From the NCBI GenBank assembly GCA_021778125.1, contig JAJYCT010000001.1, positions 1-54,824 on the forward strand: a DNA stretch of 54,824 nucleotides. Reading direction: 5' to 3'. A model generated the notes under the pieces. It was not told where the DNA came from. It saw only the letters and a list, made by a program, of their open reading frames with translations, and did no database searches. This DNA is from Myxococcales bacterium. GTDB taxonomy: Bacteria; Myxococcota_A; Polyangia; Polyangiales; Polyangiaceae. A program made the position numbers and the translations under genes. This document shows, in pieces, positions 1-9,936 of this stretch. Within the stretch, counting starts at the first letter, position 1; each line of letters opens with the position of its first letter.

Positions 1-527
1 GCGCCGGTGCGCGTGAGCCTCGCGTCGCCTGCGGAGGCGACGCCGAAGTCGACCAGCTTGGCGTCGAAGTCGCCGGTCTTGCCCGGCCCGCTGCCGACGA
101 GCAGGATGTTCGACGGCTTGACGTCGCGGTGCACGATCCCCGCGGCGTGCGCGGCGGCGAGCGCCTCGCACACGCGGATCGCCACCGAGAGGCTCCGGGT
201 CAGGTCGAGCGGCGCGCGTCGCTGCCGTTGCGCGAGGTCCTCGCCCTCCAGCCACTCCATCGCGATGTACGGCTGGCCCTCGTCGAGCTGGCCAAACGCC
301 ACGACGCGCACGATGCTCTCGTGGTGCAGCCCCGCGAGGATGCGCCCCTCGCGCCGGAAGCGGGCCTCCTCGCCCGCGTCGACGCCCGGCAGCGCGATGA
401 CCTTGAGGGCGACGGGCTGGCCGCTGACCTGATCGTGCGCGCGGTAGACGATGCCGACGCCGCCGCGGCCCACCTCGCGCTCGACGGCGAAGCGCCCGGC
501 AAGGAGGGACGGCGCCGGCAGGGTCAA
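1..527 (-). CDS. Hanks-type Ser/Thr protein kinase, N-terminal ~175 codons (gene continues beyond window start)
   Basis: This minus-strand frame runs off the window edge, so it is absent from the ORF track. It reads LTLPAPSLLAGRFAVEREVGRGGVGIVYRAHDQVSGQPVALKVI ... GIVHRDVKPSNILL ... AKLVDFGVA, giving the Gly-loop, VALK lysine, HRDxKxxN catalytic loop and DFG. The only in-frame start candidate is TTG 527-525, overlapping the rlmE TGA stop (TTGA). Confidence 0.85.
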   Translation of the reverse strand, partial: MTLPAPSLLAGRFAVEREVGRGGVGIVYRAHDQVSGQPVALKVIALPGVDAGEEARFRREGRILAGLHHESIVRVVAFGQLDEGQPYIAMEWLEGEDLAQRQRRAPLDLTRSLSVAIRVCEALAAAHAAGIVHRDVKPSNILLVGSGPGKTGDFDAKLVDFGVASAGDARLTRTG

Positions 528-1123
528 GGCCGCCGCTCCAGGCCGACGGCGAAGAGCTCCGTGCTCACCGCGCGCGTGCCCTCGGGGCGGATGAGCCTCT
601 CGTGGGCGAAGAGGCGGCGCAGCTCGGCGCGCGCCTCCGGCAGATCGTCGCTCATGAAGAGCTTGCCCACGAACGAGCCCCCCGCCGCGCACAGCGTACC
701 CGCGACGGCGAGCGCCCGCATGAACAGCTCGAAGCTGCGGGCCTGATCGGTCGGGCGGTTGCCCGTCGTGCGCGGCGCCATGTCCGACAGCACGACGTCG
801 TACGGGGCGAAGCGCGCGAGGTCCTCGTTCGCGAGCGACAGGGCGTCGCCCTGCACGAACGCGGCGTGCGGCGGCAGGGCGGCCCCGAGCGGCTCGAGGT
901 CGACGGCGAGCAGCTTGCCCGAGGGGCCTATCTTCTTGGCCGCGTACAGCGACCAACTCCCGGGGGAGGCTCCGAGGTCGAGCACGCGCATGCCGCCCCG
1001 GAGCAGGCGGGTTCGCCGGTCGATCTCCTCGAGCTTGAAGACGCTGCGCGCCGGGTAGCCCGCCTCCTTCGCGGCGCGCGTGAAGCGGTCGGGCTTCGCG
1101 TACGGGTTCTTGGAGCGGGACAT
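524..1123 (-). CDS. rlmE: 23S rRNA (uridine-2'-O)-methyltransferase RlmE/FtsJ
   Basis: 199-aa ORF with an ATG start. The N-terminus (NPYAKPDRFTRAAKEAGYPARSVFKLEEID), SAM-binding VLDLGASPGSWS, DVVLSDMAP and GGSFVGKLF are typical of the FtsJ/RlmE family. Length also fits. Confidence 0.92.
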   Translation of the reverse strand: MSRSKNPYAKPDRFTRAAKEAGYPARSVFKLEEIDRRTRLLRGGMRVLDLGASPGSWSLYAAKKIGPSGKLLAVDLEPLGAALPPHAAFVQGDALSLANEDLARFAPYDVVLSDMAPRTTGNRPTDQARSFELFMRALAVAGTLCAAGGSFVGKLFMSDDLPEARAELRRLFAHERLIRPEGTRAVSTELFAVGLERRP

Positions 1124-1238
1124 GCGTCGGCGCCGGCGGCGGAGACAAGACTCTAGCGCGCCCGCAGCCGCAATGCCGCGAGTCGAGCGCGAGCCCGAGC
1201 CCGAGCGCCTCGAGAGAGGCGCCGGCGCCGGCGTGACG

Positions 1239-1910
1239 CTAGCGCTTGGTCGAGCGCTTCTTGGTCTTCACGGCCGTGCGGATGAGCACGAGGCCGTGGG
1301 TCGTGCCCGGCACGCCGCCGCGCACCATGAGGAGGTGCTTCTCGGCGTCGACGCGCGCCACCTTGAGGTTGAGCGTCGAGACGGTCTCGTTGCCGTACTG
1401 GCCGCCCATCTTGACGTTGGGCAGCGTGCGGCCCGGCGTCATGTTCGTACCGATCGATCCGCCGTGCCGGCGGTACTCGTGGGTGCCGTGCGTGGCGCTG
1501 CCGGCGCCGGCGAAGTTCCAGCGGCGCATGACGCCCGTGAACCCGCGGCCGCGCGTGGTGCCGCGCGCGTCGACGTACTGGCCCGGCTGGAAGATCTCGT
1601 CAAGCTTGAGGGTCTGGCCGACCTCCCACTTGGCGGCGAAGTCGGGCTCGCAGCGGAGCTCCTTGACGACGCGCTTGGGGGTGATGTTGACCTTCTTGAA
1701 GGCGCCCGCGATCGCCTTGCTCGTGTGCTTCTCCTTGCGATCCTCGAAGCCGAGGACGAGGGCCGTGTAGCCGTCCTTCTCCGGGGTGCGCTTGCCGACG
1801 ACGACGACGGGGCCGGCCTCGATGACGGTCACGCGGGTGACCGAGCCGTCCTCCTCGAAAATCTGGGTGCAGCCGAGCTTGCGGCCGTAGATACCGGGTT
1901 GCGTGTTCAT
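1239..1910 (-). CDS. rplC: 50S ribosomal protein L3 (isolated copy, not in an S10-type operon)
   Basis: Internal ATG at 1910 of tracked ORF 1239..2150 gives 223 aa. The sequence MNTQPGIYGRKLGCTQIFEEDGSVTRVTVIEAGP ... GTTRGRGFTGVMRRWNFAGAGSATHGTHEYRRHGGSIGTNMTPGRTLPNVKMGGQYGNETVSTLNLKVARVD aligns by eye along its whole length with bacterial L3. AAGGA lies 9 nt upstream. The 80-codon 5' extension is Arg/Pro-rich junk. Confidence 0.9.
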   Translation of the reverse strand: MNTQPGIYGRKLGCTQIFEEDGSVTRVTVIEAGPVVVVGKRTPEKDGYTALVLGFEDRKEKHTSKAIAGAFKKVNITPKRVVKELRCEPDFAAKWEVGQTLKLDEIFQPGQYVDARGTTRGRGFTGVMRRWNFAGAGSATHGTHEYRRHGGSIGTNMTPGRTLPNVKMGGQYGNETVSTLNLKVARVDAEKHLLMVRGGVPGTTHGLVLIRTAVKTKKRSTKR

Positions 1911-2208
1911 GGGATTGTCCTTGCATCGCCCGTCGGTGCGCGACGTCTTCCCGGTCGAAAGACGTGTGGAGCGGAGGCTCCACGGGCTCCTCGAGGCGCT
2001 ATTGGGGGCGGCGGAATCTACCCGGACGAGGCAGAAGGTCAAGGTGGCGGCCGGGCGGGCCGGCCCAGGGACCGGGTCCGGGTCGAGGCGAGGCTGAACG
2101 TCCGTGCCGGCGCCCGCGCCCGCGCTCTTGACGGCGGGACGGCGCCGCACGCGGCGGATCCGACCGCCGGGGTGGCGCGCGAGCCGCGTTGCGCTACGGA
2201 CAGACGCC

Positions 2209-2586
2209 GTGACCCTCGTCGAGATCCTCTACTTCGACGGCTGCCCGAACGTGGACCTGGCCGTCGCCCGGGCGCGCGCGGCCGCGGTCGCCGCCGGCGC
2301 TTCCGTGGACCTGCGCATGGTGCCCGTCGAGGGGGAAGCCGAGGCGCAGCGGCAGCGGTTCATCGGCTCGCCGACGGTCCGCGTGGACGGTGTGGACGTG
2401 GAGCCCTCGGCGCGCGCCCGAACCGACTTCGGCATGCAGTGCCGCGTGTACTCGGTGGGTGATCGCCTCGAGGGGGCTCCGCCGGTGCGCTGGGTCAAGG
2501 CCGCGATGCTCGGCGAGCCGGGCGAGGCGCCGAAGGCCTCGCACGTGGAGCCGGCGTGCGGCTGCTCGCCGGCCGAGAAGGGCTGA
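2209..2586 (+). CDS. small thioredoxin-fold protein (FDGCPN single-Cys family, often annotated thioredoxin family / DF family protein)
   Basis: VTLVEILYFDGCPNVDLA ... RFIGSPTVRVDGVDVEP ... DFGMQCRVY matches my memory of this widespread ~110-130 aa family. In-frame GTG at 2209; the start is uncertain. High GC3. Confidence 0.6.
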   Translation: MTLVEILYFDGCPNVDLAVARARAAAVAAGASVDLRMVPVEGEAEAQRQRFIGSPTVRVDGVDVEPSARARTDFGMQCRVYSVGDRLEGAPPVRWVKAAMLGEPGEAPKASHVEPACGCSPAEKG

Positions 2587-2630
2587 CGCGCACCTAATCG
2601 TGGTCTCGGTACCGTCTCGCCGCGGGCGCA

Positions 2631-2659
2631 TTGACAGGCCAGAACCTGCGTGCTTTAAG
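2631..2659 (+). promoter_or_regulatory. candidate sigma70-type promoter for rplS (TTGACA - 17 nt - TTTAAG)
   Basis: TTGACA at 2631-2636, a 17-nt spacer, then TTTAAG at 2654-2659, about 23 nt upstream of the rplS ATG. The tracked ORF start at 2631 is the TTG of this hexamer. Confidence 0.35.
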
Positions 2660-2681
2660 CCTCGCCCCCGCGAGGTTTGCC

Positions 2682-3038
2682 ATGCTCACGTCCCCCAAGC
2701 TCGCCGAGATTGAGTCCAAGGCCCTCCGGTCTGACCTGCCCGACTTCCGCGTCGGCGACACGGTGCGCATCCACTACCGCATCGTGGAAGGCGACAAGGA
2801 GCGCACCCAGGTCTTCCAGGGCGTCGTCATCAAGCGGCACCGGGCCGGCGCGCGCAGCACCTTCACGGTGCGCAAGGTCAGCTTCAGCGTCGGCGTCGAG
2901 CGCATCTTCCTGTCGCACTCGCCGCGCATCGAGAAGGTCGAGATCGTGAGCAAGGGCGTCGTTCGCCGCGCTCGCCTCTTCTACCTCCGCGACCTGGCCG
3001 GCAAGGCCGCCCGCGTCCGCGACCAGAAGGACGTCTGA
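2682..3038 (+). CDS. rplS: 50S ribosomal protein L19 (isolated, not behind trmD)
   Basis: From ATG 2682 the 118-aa product reads [112 protein letters not shown], which is full-length L19. Confidence 0.92.
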   Translation: MLTSPKLAEIESKALRSDLPDFRVGDTVRIHYRIVEGDKERTQVFQGVVIKRHRAGARSTFTVRKVSFSVGVERIFLSHSPRIEKVEIVSKGVVRRARLFYLRDLAGKAARVRDQKDV

Positions 3039-3099
3039 GGCTCGCCCGGGTCGGGCGCCCGTAGGGCTCCCGCCGCGCGCCTCCTGGCAAGCGGAGCCG

Positions 3100-3117
3100 C
3101 AGCGTTTCAAAACGCTG
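3100..3117 (+). terminator. 7-bp hairpin (CAGCGTT-tcaa-AACGCTG) downstream of rplS; possible terminator or attenuator, no U-tract
   Basis: A perfect inverted repeat seen directly in the sequence between the rplS stop (3038) and the kinase start (3146). It is unusually AT-rich for this DNA. Confidence 0.25.
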
Positions 3118-3145
3118 TCCGGCGTCGCCCTGTACCATCGGGGGC

Positions 3146-6100
3146 GTGACCAAGAGCACGCGCCCCGAGCTCCCGTTCAAGCGCCTCGGCGAGTACGAGA
3201 TCCTCGCCCCCATCGCCGAGGGCGGCATGGCCACCGTGTGGCTCGGCCGGTCGACGGTGCACCCCGAGGAGCTCGTCGCGCTCAAGGTCATCCGCCCTGA
3301 GCACTCCCGCAACAAGGAGTTCGTGGCGATGTTCCGCGACGAGGCGCAGATCGCCTCGCGCCTGTCGCACCCGAACATCATCAAGATCCACGGCCTCGGC
3401 CACGACGGGAAGCGCTACTTCCTCGCGATGGAGGTGCTGCGCGGGCGGTCGCTGCTCGACCTCTGGCAGCTCGCGCACGCCCGCGGCAAGCGCATTCCCT
3501 ACGAGGTCGTGGCGTGGATCGGAGCGCGCATCGGCGACGCGCTTGAGCACGCGCACGGGGCGCGCGACGAGCATGGCGCCGAGCGGCAGGTCGTCCACCG
3601 CGACGTCAACCCCTCCAACATCTTCCTGACGAGCGACGGCGTGCCGCGCCTCATCGACTTCGGCCTCGCCAAGGCGCGCGATCGCCTCTCGGCCACGGCG
3701 GTCGGAGTCCTCAAGGGCAAGCTCGCGTACCTGGCTCCGGAGCAGGCGCACGGCAAGCCGGCCGACAGGCGCGCCGACGTGTTCGCGCTGGGCGTGACGC
3801 TGTGGGAGATCTCGCTCGACCGCCGGCTGTTCCGCGAGGACAGCGACGTGGAGACGGTGCGGCGCGTGCGCGAGGGGCAGGTGCCCGATCCGGTGGCCCT
3901 CGACGCCGACTATCCGCCGCAGCTGCGCGACGCGGTGATGCGCGCGCTCGCCGTGGACCCCGCCGAGCGCTGGCAGACGGCCGGCGCGCTGCGCGACGCG
4001 CTCGACGTGTTCGTGCGCGAGCGCGAGGTCCCCGTCGACGCGGCGCGCGTGCGCACCCTGATGGAGGAGCTGGCCGGCCCGCGCGTCCGCCCCGAGTGGG
4101 AGCGTCTGGTCGACGAGGCCTCCGTCGGCTCCGAGCGCATCCGCGTCTGGGACGACGAGCGTCAGAAGCTCACGTGGATGAACGCCTCGCTCGAGACGAT
4201 GCTCCCGGACGCGGCGTCCGGCCCGGGCCCCGAGAGCGCACCCCCGCCCGCGACCCTGGCTGAGCGGCTCGATCGGGCCCTGGCCGACCGCGTCGCGCGC
4301 CTCGATCCCGCGCACGACGGCGTGGCGCGCGCGCGAGCCCACCTCGAGCGCGCGCTCGTCAGCGAGCTGCTGGGCGATGGCACGAACGCGGCGACGTACG
4401 CGGCCGCGTCCCTCGCGGCGTCTCCCTCGAGCGCCGCGCACGGCGTGCTGCGTCGCGTCGGACACACCCGCAAGGGGGCGCGCGCGCTGCTGCCGCACCT
4501 CGACGCGGAGCTCGCCGAGTGCGCGAACGACGCGGTCCGCGCGAGCCTGCTGGCGGAGCGCGCGCGCGTGCTCGAGGCGGTCGGGGAGTCGCTCGACGCC
4601 CGGCGCGCCGCCTGGGAGCGCGTCCTCGCCGTCGAGCCGCAGCACCCCGCGGCCCTCCGCGGTCTCGAGGCGGCGCTGACGGCGGATCCCTCGGCTCGCG
4701 CAGCGCTCGCCGCCCACCTGGGGCGCATGGCCGAGGCGTGCGAAGGCGAGCCCGCGCTCGCGGCGTGGCACCACGCGGAGCGCGCGCGCCTGCTCGACGT
4801 CGATCTCGGTCAGCCCGACGCCGCGAAGGCGGCCCTGACGCGCGCACTCGAGCTCGACCCCGGGCTGGGGCCGGTGCGCGCTGCGTGCGTGGCGCACGCC
4901 GTGGCGCACCGCGACTCGTCGTGGCTGGTGGAGCTGCTGGAGCGCGAGGCCGCGCTCGAGCGCGACGCGGCGCGGGCGGCGGCGCTGGAGGTCGACGCCG
5001 CGTGCCTCGCGCGCGACCGTCTGGGCGATGCCTCGCGCGCGATCGCCCTGCTCGAACGGGCGGCCTCGCGCGCGGGCGCCGCGGTGCACGTGCGGCGGCG
5101 TGCCCTCGACGATCTGGTCACGCTCCACGAGGCGGCCGGTCACACCCCCGAGGCGCTCCGCGTCCGCGCGTCCCGCCTCGGGATGCGGGTCGAGCCGCGC
5201 GCGCAGGCGCACGAGCAGCGCGCCATCGCTGCGCTCCAGGAGGCGCTGGGCGATCGCCGCGCGGCCGCCGCCGTCCTGGAGCGAGCCCTCGAACTCACGC
5301 CGGACGACGTCGCCCTCGCCGAGGAGCTCGACCGCCTATTCGAGACGCAGTCGATGACGGAGCGCCGGATCGACCTGTGGACGCGCCTGGCGGCGGCGAC
5401 GCCCGACGCGGCCGAGCGTGCGCGGCGCCTGGTGCGTGCTGCTCGCCTCGCCGAGTCGCTGGGCGACGGCGCGCGCGCCGTTGACACCCTGAGCGCGGCG
5501 CTCGTCGCGCAGCCCGCGGATGTGCGCGCGATCGATGGGCTCCTCCGCCTGCTCTCGTCGCCCCGGAGCGAGGCCGCGATCGCCGAGGCGCGGGCCCGGA
5601 TCGCGGTGCACGTGCACGCGGCGGAGCACGCGGTCGATCCGGCGCGCCGCCTCGCGCACCTCGAGGCCATCGCCCTCCTCGAAGAGGAGATGATCGGGGC
5701 TCCGGCGCGCGCCGTGGCGGCCTACGAGGCGGTCCTGCGCCTCGAGGGCGACCGTCGAAGCGCCGTCCTCGGCCTGGCCCGCAACGCAGAGCGCGCCGGG
5801 GATGGCGAGGCCCTCGCGCGGGCGCTTTTGCTCGAGGCGGCGGCCGCCGCCGATCCCCGGGCGGCGGACGATCTTCGCGTCCGCGCCGCCGAGGCGCTGG
5901 CGTCTCGGGACGCCGAGCGTGCGCTCGCGCTCGTGCGCGAGGTGCTCGCGCGCACGAGCCACAGTCCCGACGCGCGCCGCCTCGAGCAGCGCATCCACGA
6001 GGCCGCGGGTCGGTGGGCGCAGGTCGATGTGGTGCTCTCCGCGCGCATCGAGCACGAGGCGTCGACCCCCGCGCGGGTCGATCTCTGGCTCGCGAGGGCC

Positions 6101-9100
6101 GAGCTCCAGCGCGCGCGGCTACGGGCCCCCGGGGAGGCGCTGGCCTCGCTGCGCGCGGCGCTCGAGCTCGATCCGGCTCACCCGGCGGTCCGCGAGGCGC
6201 TCGTCGCGCAGCTCGAGGCCCTGGGCGACGCGCGCGCGCTGCGCGACGGGCTCGTCGAGCTGGCGCAGAACGAGACGACGGCGGAGACGCGCGCCGGCCG
6301 GATGCTGCGCGCCGGCGAGATCGACGAGCTGATCCTCCTCGACGACGCGCACGCTGCGGCGCTCTACGCCCGGGCGCTCGGCGAGCTCCCGGGAGACGCG
6401 TGGATCGAGGAGCACCGCGCGCGCCTCGCGCAGCGCCAGGCGCGCCCCGGGCACGCCGCCGATCTCCTCGCGATCCTGCAGGCGAGGCTCGACGCCGCGC
6501 CCGCGAACCCCGCTCGGGCGTTCGAGCTCGCCCAGGCGCTCCTGGACTTCGGCGGAGACGTGGCCCGCGCGACCTCGCTCGTCGAGACCGTCCTCGCGCA
6601 GGCCCCGGCCGCGCCGCACGCGCTTCGCGTGCTCGAGCGTGTGGCGCGCACGACCGGGGCCGCGGCCCTGCTCGGCAACGCGCTCGACCAGCAGGCCGGC
6701 TCGTTCCGCGCGCCCACGCCCAGGCTGGCGGCGCTGTGGGCGGAGGAGGCGCTGGTCGAATGGACGCTGCCGGACGCCGACCCGGCGCCGATCCTCGAGC
6801 GCATCCTCGAGCACACGCCCGGGGACCGCGCCGCGCTCGACGCGACCGTTCGCCTTTCGCTCCCCGCCGCGCGGACGGGTGACTCGGCGGCGCGCGCGCG
6901 CCTGATCGGCGCATGGCGCACGCTGCTCGCGCAGACGGCGAGCGACATCGAGACCGCGGTGCGCCGGCTCGCGCTGGCGATGACGCTCGAGCCGGGGCAG
7001 GGGGCGCGCGCGGGTGACGACGCGCGGGGCGCGCTGGGCGAGTACCGGGAGGCGCTGCGCATCGACCCGCGCTCGCTGCTCGCCGCCGAGGGGACGGCGC
7101 GTATGGCGGCGCTGCTGGGCGACGCCGAGGCGACCGTGGCAGCGTCCCTCTCGCAGGCCGACCTCGCGCCGGACGCGAGGCAGCGCGCGACGGCGCTCGT
7201 GCGCGCGGCGGGTCTGCTCCTCTCGGCCCAGGACGCCCGCCTCGGGGAGCGGCCGGAGCGCCTGTCGCGCGCGTCGGAGACCCTCGAGCGGGCCCTCGAC
7301 GCGGATCCCGAGGCGCTGCCTGCCGTCGGCCTGCTGATCGCCGCGCGCACGGAGGAAGGCGCGCGGGACCGCCTCCTCGACGCGCTGCGCGCCGCGTTCG
7401 AACGGGTCAGGTCGGACGACGTCGTCGTCCACCTGGGGTCCGAGGTCGCGCGCATCGCCGCGCTGCCGCCGGCCCACCACGTCCTGGCGATCGAGGCGCT
7501 CCGCCGCGTTCTGGCCGTCGCACCCCGGCACGCGCCGACGCTGCGGATGCTCGCCGATCAGTACGTCCAGCAGGGGGCGTGGGCCGAGGCCGTCGAGGCG
7601 CTCGAGGCCCTCGCCGCGCAGGCGCGCGACGCGCAGGCCAGGCTCGCGGCGCTGTTTCAGCTCGCCGACGTCTACACGAACACGCTCCACCGCGCCGGGG
7701 ACGCCGAGCGTGTCCTGCGCGCCGCGCTCGACGTCGATCCCGCGAACCTGGACGCGCTCCGACGCCTGCTCGCTCACCTCCGGGCCGCAGGCGCCGACGC
7801 GAGCGAGATCGCGAAGTACCTGGCGCGGATGGCGGACGCCGAGGGCGAGCCCGCCGCGAAGGCCGCGGCGCTGGACGAGCTCGCGGAGAGCTCTCTCGCG
7901 CGCGGAGACGCCGGCGCGGGAGAGCGCGCGCTCGTCGAGGCGACGGCGCAGGCCCCGACGCCCGAACGCCTCGCGCGCGTCCTCGCGCTGCACCCGGGCG
8001 CTCCCGCCGAGCAGGCCCGCGTGCTCGCGGCGGTGGTCACCCGGAGCGAGGAGCTGGAGCGCCCCCACCCCGCCACGCTGGCTGGCCTCGGCCAGCTCGA
8101 GGTCGGGCTCGGCCGCTGGAGGGACGGCGTGGCGCACCTGCGCGTCGCGGTCGGCCTGGCCCCGGCGCTGGACGAGGCGCGCGCCGCGCTGGCGGCGGGG
8201 CTCACGCGCCTGCGCGGAGCGGCGGAGGCGATCGGGACGCTCGTGCCGATGCTCGTCCCGGATGCGTCGCCGCTGCTCTCCCTGCGCGATCCGGCAGGCG
8301 CTCTCGCGACCCTCGAGATCGCCCTCGATGCCGAGGGGCGGCGCGACGAGGCGCTCGTCGCCCGCGAGCTGCGCGCCGTTGCCGGGGGCCTCGACGACGG
8401 GGCTCACGTGGCCCTGCGGGCGCGACGGCTGGCGATCGACCCGAGGGCGCCGATCCCGGTCGCGCTCGACCCGGCGACGCTGCGCGCCGGCGTCCTGCCT
8501 CACGACACGTCCCGGCTGCTGCTCGACCTCGCGACCGCGCTCGTCGGGGCGGAGGACAAGCTCGCGCACGTCGACCGCGACGAGGCCGGCATCGGCCCGC
8601 GCGACCGCCTCGCGCCGACCGGAGGGCACCCGCTCCTCGTCCTCGTGCATCGCCTGGCGACGATGCTCGCCGTCCCGCGGCCGGAGATCGCGATCGTGGC
8701 GACCGCCGCGCCGCCGCGGATCGTGCTGAGCGACGGGCCGTGGCTGGTCGTCCCCGAGTCGCTCCTCGAGCAGCAGGAGCCGACGCAGACCGCGGCGCTG
8801 GTGCGGCCGCTGGTGCGCCTCGCCCTGGCGGTCCCGTGGCTCGACGCCCTGCGGGGCCCCTACGCGCAGGCAGTCCTGTGCGCGGCCGCACGGCAGGTCG
8901 ACCCCGGCTTCGCGTCGGACCTGCCCGCGGATCCGCTGGAGCTCGTGGAGGACTTCACGAAGAGGGTGGGGCGCGCCGTTGGACGCCGCAACAAGAAGGC
9001 GCTCGCCGAGCTGGCGCCGGCGCTCGCGCAGGTGCGGGGTCCAACGCTCGCCGACATCGCCGCGTTCGAGCAGGCCATCGCGCGGGCCGAGCTGCGCGCC

Positions 9101-9310
9101 GCCTTCGTCCTGACCGGCGACTTCCTGGCGACACTCGATTCGGCGCGTGCCCTCGACGCGGACCTCGAGAGGGCGACGGCGGACGTCGGCCCCGCGGCTC
9201 TGGCGGCCATCCTGCGAGACCCGCTCACCAGCGACGTGGCGAGGTTCGCGCTGTCCCCGGCGGCGACGGCCCTGCGCTGGCGCGCGGGGACGGTGTGGCC
9301 CGCGGCGTAG
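3146..9310 (+). CDS. giant Ser/Thr protein kinase fused to ~1400 aa of TPR-like helical repeats and a ~330-aa non-TPR C-terminal domain (2054 aa)
   Basis: GTG start. Kinase domain at about 3190-4010: [60 protein letters not shown]. The rest is Ala/Leu/Arg/Glu-rich with recurring ...A..AYE.AL.LDP...A... TPR-type periodicity. High GC3 over the entire 6.2 kb. Confidence 0.9.
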   Translation: MTKSTRPELPFKRLGEYEILAPIAEGGMATVWLGRSTVHPEELVALKVIRPEHSRNKEFVAMFRDEAQIASRLSHPNIIKIHGLGHDGKRYFLAMEVLRGRSLLDLWQLAHARGKRIPYEVVAWIGARIGDALEHAHGARDEHGAERQVVHRDVNPSNIFLTSDGVPRLIDFGLAKARDRLSATAVGVLKGKLAYLAPEQAHGKPADRRADVFALGVTLWEISLDRRLFREDSDVETVRRVREGQVPDPVALDADYPPQLRDAVMRALAVDPAERWQTAGALRDALDVFVREREVPVDAARVRTLMEELAGPRVRPEWERLVDEASVGSERIRVWDDERQKLTWMNASLETMLPDAASGPGPESAPPPATLAERLDRALADRVARLDPAHDGVARARAHLERALVSELLGDGTNAATYAAASLAASPSSAAHGVLRRVGHTRKGARALLPHLDAELAECANDAVRASLLAERARVLEAVGESLDARRAAWERVLAVEPQHPAALRGLEAALTADPSARAALAAHLGRMAEACEGEPALAAWHHAERARLLDVDLGQPDAAKAALTRALELDPGLGPVRAACVAHAVAHRDSSWLVELLEREAALERDAARAAALEVDAACLARDRLGDASRAIALLERAASRAGAAVHVRRRALDDLVTLHEAAGHTPEALRVRASRLGMRVEPRAQAHEQRAIAALQEALGDRRAAAAVLERALELTPDDVALAEELDRLFETQSMTERRIDLWTRLAAATPDAAERARRLVRAARLAESLGDGARAVDTLSAALVAQPADVRAIDGLLRLLSSPRSEAAIAEARARIAVHVHAAEHAVDPARRLAHLEAIALLEEEMIGAPARAVAAYEAVLRLEGDRRSAVLGLARNAERAGDGEALARALLLEAAAAADPRAADDLRVRAAEALASRDAERALALVREVLARTSHSPDARRLEQRIHEAAGRWAQVDVVLSARIEHEASTPARVDLWLARAELQRARLRAPGEALASLRAALELDPAHPAVREALVAQLEALGDARALRDGLVELAQNETTAETRAGRMLRAGEIDELILLDDAHAAALYARALGELPGDAWIEEHRARLAQRQARPGHAADLLAILQARLDAAPANPARAFELAQALLDFGGDVARATSLVETVLAQAPAAPHALRVLERVARTTGAAALLGNALDQQAGSFRAPTPRLAALWAEEALVEWTLPDADPAPILERILEHTPGDRAALDATVRLSLPAARTGDSAARARLIGAWRTLLAQTASDIETAVRRLALAMTLEPGQGARAGDDARGALGEYREALRIDPRSLLAAEGTARMAALLGDAEATVAASLSQADLAPDARQRATALVRAAGLLLSAQDARLGERPERLSRASETLERALDADPEALPAVGLLIAARTEEGARDRLLDALRAAFERVRSDDVVVHLGSEVARIAALPPAHHVLAIEALRRVLAVAPRHAPTLRMLADQYVQQGAWAEAVEALEALAAQARDAQARLAALFQLADVYTNTLHRAGDAERVLRAALDVDPANLDALRRLLAHLRAAGADASEIAKYLARMADAEGEPAAKAAALDELAESSLARGDAGAGERALVEATAQAPTPERLARVLALHPGAPAEQARVLAAVVTRSEELERPHPATLAGLGQLEVGLGRWRDGVAHLRVAVGLAPALDEARAALAAGLTRLRGAAEAIGTLVPMLVPDASPLLSLRDPAGALATLEIALDAEGRRDEALVARELRAVAGGLDDGAHVALRARRLAIDPRAPIPVALDPATLRAGVLPHDTSRLLLDLATALVGAEDKLAHVDRDEAGIGPRDRLAPTGGHPLLVLVHRLATMLAVPRPEIAIVATAAPPRIVLSDGPWLVVPESLLEQQEPTQTAALVRPLVRLALAVPWLDALRGPYAQAVLCAAARQVDPGFASDLPADPLELVEDFTKRVGRAVGRRNKKALAELAPALAQVRGPTLADIAAFEQAIARAELRAAFVLTGDFLATLDSARALDADLERATADVGPAALAAILRDPLTSDVARFALSPAATALRWRAGTVWPAA

Positions 9311-9337
9311 GCGCGCCGGCCGCGCCGCGCCGGGTCG

Positions 9338-9877
9338 CTACTCAGCGGTCTTGGGCGGCGGACCGAGCTGGATGCGCTCGCCGATGTACGCCCCGATGAG
9401 CGTCAGAAGGATGCCGATCGCGGCGAAGATGAGATAGAGGAAGAGCGGCATCGTCCGCACCGTCTGGCTCTGGATGAGCAGGAACGTGGTGGGGATGGCG
9501 ACCAGCAGGCTCGCGACGGCCGGCTCGATGAACGTGCGGCCCGGCGAGATCATCCCGACCAGCAAGCCTCCCAGGAACCAGACCGGGATGCAGACGAGCA
9601 TGCCGTTCTGGCCTTCGAAGTCGAGCATGGGTAGGACCATCGGCAGCCCGAAGACGAGCGCCGCCGTGAGCACCCCCTGCACGAGGAAAGCGATGAGCAG
9701 CCACTGAACGCTCACCCCCTCCTGCTGGTAGCGCGTGGCCAGCTCCTCCTCGCGCGTGCGCTTGGCCGCCCTGCCGAGGTCCTCCATCTTGGCGCCGCAC
9801 GACGCGCAGCGGGCCGACCCGGGGGGGTTCTTCGCGAACCCGCACGACGGGCACACAACAGGCTTTCCAGCGGCCAT
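9338..9877 (-). CDS. zinc-ribbon membrane protein (hypothetical)
   Basis: N-terminal CPSCG-N13-CASCG zinc ribbon, then four hydrophobic helices (WLLIAFLVQGVLTAALVFGLPMVL, MLVCIPVWFLGGLLVGMI, AVASLLVAIPTTFLLI, MPLFLYLIFAAIGILLTLIGAYI). ATG 9877 is preferred over the tracked start at 9913. Confidence 0.7.
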   Translation of the reverse strand: MAAGKPVVCPSCGFAKNPPGSARCASCGAKMEDLGRAAKRTREEELATRYQQEGVSVQWLLIAFLVQGVLTAALVFGLPMVLPMLDFEGQNGMLVCIPVWFLGGLLVGMISPGRTFIEPAVASLLVAIPTTFLLIQSQTVRTMPLFLYLIFAAIGILLTLIGAYIGERIQLGPPPKTAE

Positions 9878-9936
9878 CGGCCCTACGCTACCGCCCACGG
9901 GGGAAGCCGCCAAGCGGGAACAACGGCGCAGGGGCG

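Noticed and set aside
1911-2150. 5' extensions of tracked ORFs: rplC to 2150, rplS to 2631, larB to 20642, acnA to 47195, zwf to 50823, opcA to 51854, GH26 to 45036, DUF4185-like to 36522
   Set aside because: The extensions are Arg/Pro/Ala-rich, lack homology to the families, and overlap neighbouring genes or promoters. Internal ATG/GTG/TTG starts give canonical N-termini or lipoprotein signal peptides.
3107-8650. Minus-strand ORFs 3107..5212 (701 aa), 5295..6914 (539 aa) and 6119..8650 (843 aa), plus several plus-strand off-frame ORFs inside the giant kinase gene
   Set aside because: All are antisense or off-frame to the 2054-aa kinase-TPR gene. That gene has clear kinase motifs and uniform high GC3. 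The alternatives are Arg/Pro-dominated.
8300-9310. The C-terminal domain of the giant kinase as a possible M48-like peptidase (pattern P.I.IV......LVVPESLL)
   Set aside because: No HExxH or other catalytic motif is present in the region. The resemblance is only a loose hydrophobic pattern.
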